Source of the DNA: an uncultured Chlamydiae bacterium
Lineage (GTDB): Bacteria; Chlamydiota; Chlamydiia; Chlamydiales; Parachlamydiaceae
Assembly: GCA_963754655.1 (NCBI GenBank)
Contig: CAVWGN010000002.1
Location: 1 to 35,310 of the forward strand
Direction of reading: 5' to 3'
DNA length: 35,310 bases
The notes below the pieces were generated by a model. It searched no databases. It saw nothing but the letters and a program-made list of their open reading frames with translations, and was not told the DNA's origin. This document shows, in pieces, positions 28,429 to 35,310 of this stretch (position 1 is its first letter; the number at the start of each line of letters is the position of its first letter). The position numbers and the translations under genes were made by a program.

Positions 28429-29189
28429 GAATTTACTTCCTCTTTTACAGGACGGATGAGCCAATCATATCCTTTTTTTTCTAACTCTAAAGCAAGTTCT
28501 GGACCGCCCGAGCGTACAATTTTACCATCCAGCATAACATGCACAAAATCTGGACGGATATAGTCTAAAAGACGCTGATAATGGGTAATAAGCAAAAGTC
28601 CCCTCTCTGGATTCATGAGCTGATTGACTCCCTGAGCCACAATGCGCATTGCATCAATATCAAGCCCAGAATCTGTTTCATCAAGAAGCGCTAGTTCAGG
28701 ATTAAGCACAGCCATTTGGAGAATTTCATTACGTTTTTTTTCTCCGCCAGAGAAATTTTCATTTACATTGCGTGTACTGAATTCAGGTCGGATTTCCATG
28801 AGCTTCATCTTCTTTTCCAATAATTGCGTAAACTCGGCATCAGTTAATTCAGTTTGATTATTTGCCTTGCACTTTGCATTAAAAGCTTTTTGCAAAAATT
28901 GGCTATTACTGACTCCGGGAATTTCAACGGGATATTGAAAACTCATAAAGAGACCAAGATGAGCACGCTCCTCAGGTTCTAATTCCAGAAGATTTTGCCC
29001 TTTAAACCACACTTCTCCTCCCGTGACGTCATAAGCTGGATGACCAGCTAAAACTTTGGCAAGAGTCGATTTACCAGCTCCGTTAGGGCCCATAATAGCG
29101 TGAGTTTCTCCCGCTTTGACTTCAAGATTAACTCCTTTGAGAATGGGTGTGCCATCTACTGTGGCGGCTAGGTCTTTAATTTTTAACAT
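28425..29189 (-). CDS. sufC: Fe-S cluster assembly ATPase SufC
   Basis: [43 protein letters not shown]. Confidence 0.98.
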   Translation of the reverse strand: MLKIKDLAATVDGTPILKGVNLEVKAGETHAIMGPNGAGKSTLAKVLAGHPAYDVTGGEVWFKGQNLLELEPEERAHLGLFMSFQYPVEIPGVSNSQFLQKAFNAKCKANNQTELTDAEFTQLLEKKMKLMEIRPEFSTRNVNENFSGGEKKRNEILQMAVLNPELALLDETDSGLDIDAMRIVAQGVNQLMNPERGLLLITHYQRLLDYIRPDFVHVMLDGKIVRSGGPELALELEKKGYDWLIRPVKEEVNS

Positions 29190-29264
29190 TGTCTTCCTAA
29201 ATTCTTAAAATCTTTTGGCAAATAAAAAGATTGTCTGTGTTTATTATTGCTAAGGTTACTTGAT

Positions 29265-30698
29265 TTAACCAACTGAATTTTCGAGCTTAATTGCAAGCAA
29301 TTTTTGAGCTTCCATGGCAAATTCAAGGGGAAGTTCATTAATGACATCTTTGCAAAATCCATTGACGATCATATTGATGGCGTCTTCTTTGGAAATGCCG
29401 CGTGATTGAAAATAAAACAATTGTTCTTCATTCATTTTAGAAGTAGAAGCTTCATGTTCTACTTGGCTAGAAGCATTACCTACTTCGATATAGGGGAAGG
29501 TATTCGCAGAGCATTTATCTCCTACAAGCATGGAATCACACTGAGTATAATTGCGTGCACCTATTGCTCGAGGCGCAACTTTGACTAATCCACGATAACT
29601 ATTATGTGACACATCAGCTGCAATTCCCTTGGAAATAATTGTTGAACGAGTGTTTTTACCAAGATGAATCATTTTTGTCCCTGTATCGGCTTGCATATGT
29701 CCATTAGTCAAAGCTACCGAATAAAATTCCCCAACTGAATGATCACCTTGTAAAATGCAGCTTGGATATTTCCAGGTAATTGCCGCACCCACCTCGACTT
29801 GTGTCCAAGAAATTTTAGAATTGATTCCAGCGCAACGGCCGCGTTTTGTAACAAAGTTAAAGATCCCTCCTTCACCTGTCTGGGGATTGCCCGAATACCA
29901 GTTTTGTACTGTGGCATATTTAATCTGGGCGTTATCCAATGCGATCAATTCTACAACAGCGGCATGCAGTTGATTGTTGTCATAGGCAGGTGCGGTACAA
30001 CCTTCTAAATAGCTAACATAGGAACCTTCTTCTGCAATAATCAAGGTGCGCTCAAATTGCCCCGATTCGCGGTCATTGATGCGGAAGTAAGTGGAAAGTT
30101 CCATAGGACAATGGACTCCTTTGGGAATATAAACAAAGGAACCATCAGTAAACACGGCAGAATTTAAAGTCGCAAAGAAATTGTCTCCTACGGGAACTAC
30201 GCTACCCAAATATTTTTTAACAAGATCAGGATGGGTATGCATGGCTTCCGAAATGGAGCAAAGGACAACACCCGCTTCTTCGAGTTTCTTTTTAAAAGTT
30301 GTCCCAATTGAAACTGAATCGAAAATCATATCGACAGCAACATTACTTAACCGTTTTTGCTCTTCCAATGGAATTCCCAAACGCTCAAAAGTGCGCAAAA
30401 CCTCGGGATCCACTTCGTTTAAATCATTAAGAGCTGGTTTCTTCTTTGGAGCCGAATAATAGGTAATATTTTGATAATCTATGGATTGGTAATTGACATT
30501 GGCCCAAAGAGGTTCTTCCGATTGTAGCCACTTTTCATAAGCTTTTAACCGAAATTCCAATAGAAAATCAGGCTCCTGCTTCTTAGCGGAAATGGCACGA
30601 ATGACGTTCTCATTCAGTCCCTTGGGAAGCGCATCTGTCTCTACTTCGGTTACAAAACCATATTTATAATCTGAAAACATGGCGGGTTCTGCCGTCAT
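29265..30698 (-). CDS. sufB: Fe-S cluster assembly protein SufB
   Basis: [51 protein letters not shown]. Confidence 0.98.
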   Translation of the reverse strand: MTAEPAMFSDYKYGFVTEVETDALPKGLNENVIRAISAKKQEPDFLLEFRLKAYEKWLQSEEPLWANVNYQSIDYQNITYYSAPKKKPALNDLNEVDPEVLRTFERLGIPLEEQKRLSNVAVDMIFDSVSIGTTFKKKLEEAGVVLCSISEAMHTHPDLVKKYLGSVVPVGDNFFATLNSAVFTDGSFVYIPKGVHCPMELSTYFRINDRESGQFERTLIIAEEGSYVSYLEGCTAPAYDNNQLHAAVVELIALDNAQIKYATVQNWYSGNPQTGEGGIFNFVTKRGRCAGINSKISWTQVEVGAAITWKYPSCILQGDHSVGEFYSVALTNGHMQADTGTKMIHLGKNTRSTIISKGIAADVSHNSYRGLVKVAPRAIGARNYTQCDSMLVGDKCSANTFPYIEVGNASSQVEHEASTSKMNEEQLFYFQSRGISKEDAINMIVNGFCKDVINELPLEFAMEAQKLLAIKLENSVG

Positions 30699-30762
30699 AA
30701 TTTGTTATCCTTAAAAGGAGAAATTTATCAAATTCTAATTTAAATTTTAATCGTCTATAAAT

Positions 30763-30792
30763 ATGATACTCCATCAGAGAGAGCCCTGTCAA
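30763..30792 (-). promoter_or_regulatory. Candidate promoter of the suf operon
   Basis: Minus strand TTGACA-18 nt-TATCAT, about 65 nt upstream of sufB. Confidence 0.6.
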
Positions 30793-31214
30793 TTTATATT
30801 TAATAGTGAAGAATTCTAAAACAAGAGATTAATTAAAAAAATATTTAATTAGTTTTAATAAAAACAATACATATGCATAATTCTCGTAGACTTTATTTAT
30901 TCTACTAATAGCAACTTGCGATTAAATGCACAGCATCTATCCTTTTTACTAAGGGTGTTTTTACTATGTTATTCGCTCAAATTCTTCGTTTTCAATAAAA
31001 AATGGACTTAATATGAACAACTATATTAATATTATACGGATAAATAATTGAGGCTGGTTTTCACAAGCTATCATTTTTCAAATAGACGGATGAATAAGAT
31101 CTGGCAATCAAATAAAATCAACAAGAATAAATTGAGACTTTTGGAACTGACCCATCATTGAGTTATCTTCTGAAGGAAGTAAATGAACAAGTCCAGGAGC
31201 AAGGAACGAAAAAT

Positions 31215-32939
31215 ATGTTACATTCTTTTTATTGGACTATTTTAGGAATTTTACAGCTAAGTCTTTATCTCTCATTTCCCCTAGTTGCTAATGAAAATGA
31301 GAAATCTTCACAAGAATTGACAGAACATCCCTCTCAAATGTTCTCACTTTACACTCATTGGATCGAATACCTAGAGCTTAATGCAACCGATCTTTCGCTC
31401 GTCGATTTTGCAGAGTTTTATTCGAATCCTTTCTGGAATCGGAAATTGGACATTTCGTCCTTAGAGGCAAGAATCCTGATATCTGAAGAGCAAATGGGCA
31501 AAAGTGAAGCATTGACAAAAAATCCCAAATGGGCGCAAGGAGATCCAAAAAAAGTTCATCAATATTATGCTGCTCATCAAGAAGGCCATTTGGATCGCTT
31601 GTTAGGTTTCATCGCTTGTCGCTTAGGAGTTATTATTCATGGTGATGTCAATCAAGACCAACTAGCCCAGAATTTAAAGCGCTTTGACATTAGAAAATTG
31701 CTGCAGGAAGGTCCTTATCAAAACCCTACTTTATCAATTGGTGCACAACAATTAATTTTTGATAGCCTGCATCAGATGAGCCAAGTTTACGATATTCATC
31801 TTCATAATTTGGGATATGACGAAGGCAATTATTTAAATCCTAAGGCAGCAGCCCTTGGTATAGCTTCTTGGGAAGATTATTTTACGTTTTTGGTATTAAG
31901 ATATGCAAATGGCATGTCTTCTCCTATTGGCTCTACCCATGAGGCGCGCAAACGCATTCACCTATATACTGAGCATTTTCCCAAACTTTGCGGCATTGTA
32001 TTGCCTATTCACAAAGCGATCTTACCTGATAGAACAGTCGATTGGGATAACACAGGTAACTTTCTTAAAAACCGCTCGGCTCTACTAACAGCAACGAGTT
32101 TTCACCATGCCGATTCCGAGTTGCTGCCGGCAGTTTCTGTGCATCCGTTTGATTCCCGTTGGCAAGAGAAGCTGTTAAAAGCGCATGCTAAAGGGATTCG
32201 CTTGGTCAAGTGGATGCCTCCTCAAAGTATTCCACCTGATTCCCCTCTCATTGATGATTACTATATAGCCTTGAAAGAATTAGGGATGGTATTGATTGCA
32301 CATGCAGGTCCAGAACATGCCATTCCTACTGATGAAGGCAATACACAATGGATAGATTGGGGCAATCCTTTGCGCTTTCGAAAGCCTTTGCAAATGGGCG
32401 TCAATGTCATTTTAGCTCACTGCGGTCACAAGGATATGATTCCTGATTTAGATCATCCCGACCAGGTTAAAGTGCCAGGATATCAACTTTTTTTACGCCT
32501 TGCACGGGAAGCTCACCTCAAAAATCAAAGTGGAGAATGGCAAGGCAAATTATATGGAGATTTGGCCGCCGTAACAACTCATTATGGACCTGACTTTATC
32601 AAAGAGCTCTTACTGCATGCCAACGAAGAAGGGATTCGTTTGATTTATGGTTCCGATTATCCCTATACTAATTTAGTGAAGCCAAGAAAAGATGCGTATG
32701 ATATTTGCGCGCAAGCAGGTCTTTTGCATGTTGAACAAGTGCAGCCGCTCAAAGAAATTCGCAATTGGAATCCCTTGCTAGCTAATTATGTCTTCACAAA
32801 ACAGTTAGAGCTGTGCCTTCCTAATGGCGACAAATTGAAATTCCCAGACAGCACTTTTACGGGAAAATTTCAAGATGCTGAGCTTATATTGATTGATCAA
32901 GAAATCTGGCAAGACTACAAGTTGCACTCAGTTGAATAA
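31215..32939 (+). CDS. Metal-dependent amidohydrolase (amidohydro_2-like) with probable signal peptide
   Basis: YDIHLH metal motif, SVHP, IAHAGPEH, ILAHCG, YGSDYP; ATG 31215 follows AAGGA and starts a hydrophobic leader. Confidence 0.85.
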   Translation: MLHSFYWTILGILQLSLYLSFPLVANENEKSSQELTEHPSQMFSLYTHWIEYLELNATDLSLVDFAEFYSNPFWNRKLDISSLEARILISEEQMGKSEALTKNPKWAQGDPKKVHQYYAAHQEGHLDRLLGFIACRLGVIIHGDVNQDQLAQNLKRFDIRKLLQEGPYQNPTLSIGAQQLIFDSLHQMSQVYDIHLHNLGYDEGNYLNPKAAALGIASWEDYFTFLVLRYANGMSSPIGSTHEARKRIHLYTEHFPKLCGIVLPIHKAILPDRTVDWDNTGNFLKNRSALLTATSFHHADSELLPAVSVHPFDSRWQEKLLKAHAKGIRLVKWMPPQSIPPDSPLIDDYYIALKELGMVLIAHAGPEHAIPTDEGNTQWIDWGNPLRFRKPLQMGVNVILAHCGHKDMIPDLDHPDQVKVPGYQLFLRLAREAHLKNQSGEWQGKLYGDLAAVTTHYGPDFIKELLLHANEEGIRLIYGSDYPYTNLVKPRKDAYDICAQAGLLHVEQVQPLKEIRNWNPLLANYVFTKQLELCLPNGDKLKFPDSTFTGKFQDAELILIDQEIWQDYKLHSVE

Positions 32940-32959
32940 GTAAACTTAAGCTAATTGTC

Positions 32960-33913
32960 ATGACTCAAGCAATAGACATTTTGATGGCTGTGTACAATAA
33001 CGCTGAATATATTTTAGCTCAGCTGCAATCGTTAATGGCACAAAGTTATCCCTATTTTAGGCTCGTTATTCGCGATGACTGCTCTTCGGATCACTCCGTA
33101 AAGCTTATTGAACAATTTAGCCAACAAAATCCAGGAAAAATTTGTCTCATTAAGGGAACAAAAAATCTAGGAGCGTGCGGCAACTTTGCCGTGCTGCTAA
33201 ATGAAGCCAAAGCCGATTACGTCATGTTTTGCGACGCTGATGATGTCTGGCTGCCCACTAAACTTGAAGAAAGCCTTGCCTTGATGCACAAAAATGAAGC
33301 TCTTTATGGCAAAGAAACTCCTATACTTGTGCATACAGATTTAACTGTTGTCGATAAACAACTTCACACTTTAAATTCTTCTTTTTGGGATTATTCCAAA
33401 ATCAATCCTCGTTTAGCAGATTCTCTGAATCGCCTGCTGACTCATAACGTCATCACAGGATGTACAATGCTCATCAACAAACCGTTATTACAGCTTGCAG
33501 CCCCCATTCCTCAAGAAGCAATCATGCATGATTGGTGGATTGGGCTTGTTGCCTCGGCTTTTGGCCACATTGATTTCTTGGCCAAACCGACGATTCTCTA
33601 TCGGCAGCACAGTAAAAATCAGATAGGTGCCACAAATTGGAAGAATCTATCAACTTACTTGACATATGCGAAAAAAGCATGGCAACAATCCGGCCGTCGA
33701 GAAATGCACCAACGTTTGCTCAAAACCATTGATCAAGCAACAAAGTTTTTGAATCAGTATGAAGCATACTTAATGCCCCAAAAAAGGCAAATTGTTCAAA
33801 ATTATGCTGCTCTAGGCGCTGTTAACGCCTTGCAAAAGCGCTATTTGTTTCTCAAACATCAATATTTCAAGAACACTTTTGCTAAAAATGTGGGCATGTT
33901 CTTTTTTCTCTAA
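32960..33913 (+). CDS. Glycosyltransferase family 2 (rhamnosyltransferase-like)
   Basis: ILMAVYN, IRDDCSSD, FCDADDVWLP, ITGCTM, MHDWW, LYRQH. Confidence 0.93.
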   Translation: MTQAIDILMAVYNNAEYILAQLQSLMAQSYPYFRLVIRDDCSSDHSVKLIEQFSQQNPGKICLIKGTKNLGACGNFAVLLNEAKADYVMFCDADDVWLPTKLEESLALMHKNEALYGKETPILVHTDLTVVDKQLHTLNSSFWDYSKINPRLADSLNRLLTHNVITGCTMLINKPLLQLAAPIPQEAIMHDWWIGLVASAFGHIDFLAKPTILYRQHSKNQIGATNWKNLSTYLTYAKKAWQQSGRREMHQRLLKTIDQATKFLNQYEAYLMPQKRQIVQNYAALGAVNALQKRYLFLKHQYFKNTFAKNVGMFFFL

Positions 33914-34010
33914 GTATACAACTCAAATGATTTATCCAGTTGAAAATTAACTGCTTGTGAGAATTAATATTTCATATTCCATAATCCATAATTAATAGTG
34001 AAATGTTATA

Positions 34011-34060
34011 CTAGTACTCAACCACATTAGTTTTGTGTATTTAGACTCTTTAAAGCCCCG
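34011..34060. repeat. Left end of a second element A copy (with CTAG flank)
   Basis: CTAG-TACTCAACCACATTAGTTTTGTGTATTTAGACT is the near-exact reverse complement of 24882-24918. Confidence 0.9.
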
Positions 34061-34063
34061 GGG

Positions 34064-34156
34064 TGGGTGTTCATTTTGTGCAAAAAATGAGCTTTATTTT
34101 TCACAATAATTGGCATAATTAAATTGAAGGTCGCATGTTTATGCCGTCCTTTCAGG
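34064..34156. repeat. Left end of a second element B copy, cut off by the IS at 34157
   Basis: gggtgttcattttgtgcaaaaaatgagc...gccgtcctttcagg matches 23824-23915 with a few substitutions. Confidence 0.92.
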
Positions 34157-35310
34157 GACAATTGCAGAATAAACAATAAATTATTTTAATTTACCACTTT
34201 CAAAAAAAGGCTCCTTAATATAGTCTAGATGTAGAAAAACCGTCTTAAACTATACAAGGAACCGAAAAATGTTCAGAGAAAAATTATCGCAAATGTGGAA
34301 TAACGTACAGTCTACTCTTTTTCCTGATTTAATCAAACGAACTCATGAACTCTGCCCTGAGTATAAAAAATTAGTATCAATTCTGGAACTTGTTCGTATT
34401 GAAAGTCATATTCCGCGATCCTTCAAATTAGGAAGGCCACCAAAAGATCGCATCGCAATGGCTAGAAGTTTTATCGCAAAAGTAGTCCTAAAACAACCTT
34501 ACACTAAACAAATTATTCGCCTGCTAAACCAGGATGAACAATTGAGGATTATTTGTGGTTGGGAGGCAAATCATAAAATTCCTTCTGAATCTAAATTTTC
34601 TAGAGCTTTCAAAGAATTTAGCCAAATAACCCTTCCGGATAGGGTTCACCAAGCATTGGTTAAAGAATTTTACAAGGGAGAGATCATAGGACATGTGATA
34701 ACAGATTCTACACCCTTAGAAGCACGTGAAAAATCATTAAAAAAACCATGTGCAAAAACACGTCGAAAAGAAAAAGACAAAGAAAGAAGAAGAATGAAAA
34801 GTGCTGGAGAACCAAATCTACGTCAACAGCAGTTGAATGAACCAGATCTTCGAAAAATGGTAGAACATCTTCCTATAGCATGTGACAAAGGCATGAAAAG
34901 AAATCCTCAGGGATTTCACATTTTTTGGAAAGGCTATAAGTTGCATACTAATGTTGATGATAATGGAGTCCCTTTGGCTGCAATTGTCACATCTGCATCG
35001 TGTAATGACTGTGAAGTTGCAATTCCTTTATCTCTAAAAACAAGCAAGGTAGTAACTAATTTGTACGATTTAATGGATGCAGCTTACGATTATCCAGAAA
35101 TCAAGGAATTTAGCCGATCCCTTAATCATATACCAATTATCGATCAGTGTTCGCGAAGTGCCAAGTCAAAAAAAGGCAAAAATGGAAGAGAAAAAAGAAA
35201 AACTCTTTTAAATTTTAAAACAGCTGAAGAAAAAGATAGCAGACAATACCCAAAGAATCCTTTAATGCATTCTTTAAGGACTATTGTGGAGGACATAGGA
35301 TATATTACAG
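34157..35310 (+). mobile_element. Insertion sequence (DDE transposase, IS4/IS5/IS1182-like superfamily), runs off the window
   Basis: Abrupt junction at GACAATTGCAGAATAA inside the element B hairpin, followed 112 bp later by a transposase ORF. Exact terminus cannot be confirmed because the other end is outside the window. Confidence 0.8.
34269..35310 (+). CDS. DDE transposase, 3'-partial, probably frameshifted near 35240
   Basis: Not in the ORF track (no stop in the window). Manual translation: MFREKLSQMW...GRPPKDRIAMARSF...IPSESKFSRAF...TDSTPLEARE...WKGYKLH...LMDAAYD. Confidence 0.9.
   Translation, partial: MFREKLSQMWNNVQSTLFPDLIKRTHELCPEYKKLVSILELVRIESHIPRSFKLGRPPKDRIAMARSFIAKVVLKQPYTKQIIRLLNQDEQLRIICGWEANHKIPSESKFSRAFKEFSQITLPDRVHQALVKEFYKGEIIGHVITDSTPLEAREKSLKKPCAKTRRKEKDKERRRMKSAGEPNLRQQQLNEPDLRKMVEHLPIACDKGMKRNPQGFHIFWKGYKLHTNVDDNGVPLAAIVTSASCNDCEVAIPLSLKTSKVVTNLYDLMDAAYDYPEIKEFSRSLNHIPIIDQCSRSAKSKKGKNGREKRKTLLNFKTAEEKDSRQYPKNPLMHSLRTIVEDIGYIT

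Noticed and set aside
591..32088. Many short ORFs (60-130 aa) overlapping tsp, scpA, fusA, rpsJ, the sct genes, suf genes and others
   Set aside because: Antisense or off-frame shadows of well-supported genes, lacking motifs or RBS.

Overview
AT-rich bacterial DNA whose gene content and order point to an environmental Chlamydiales genome (Parachlamydiaceae-like; inferred from the sctJ-ORF-sctL-sctR-sctS-sctT type III secretion operon, rpsL-rpsG-fusA-rpsJ without tuf, sufBCDS and tsp). Core genes are tRNA-Phe, tsp, scpAB, the str operon (fusA carries two +1 frameshifts, probably sequencing errors), the T3SS operon, sua5/tsaC and sufBCDS. Accessory genes are a class 3 lipase and a Ser/Thr kinase-like protein (candidate effectors), a flavin monooxygenase resembling type 2 tetracycline destructases behind a TetR-style operator, a NADAR protein with a signal peptide, an LEA-like repeat protein, a TetR regulator, an amidohydrolase and a GT2. 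The most striking non-coding structure is 23711-24914: three different ~370-420 bp foldback elements nested in one another, each with IS-like termini and REP-like hairpins in ~165-176 bp arms. Fragments recur at 52, 2711, 4426 and 34011, where the same nesting order is seen again and is followed by a transposase. An orphan IS200/IS605 right end (TnpB omegaRNA-like) supplies the lipase stop codon. All calls come from reading the sequence and recalled family motifs; no searches were run.
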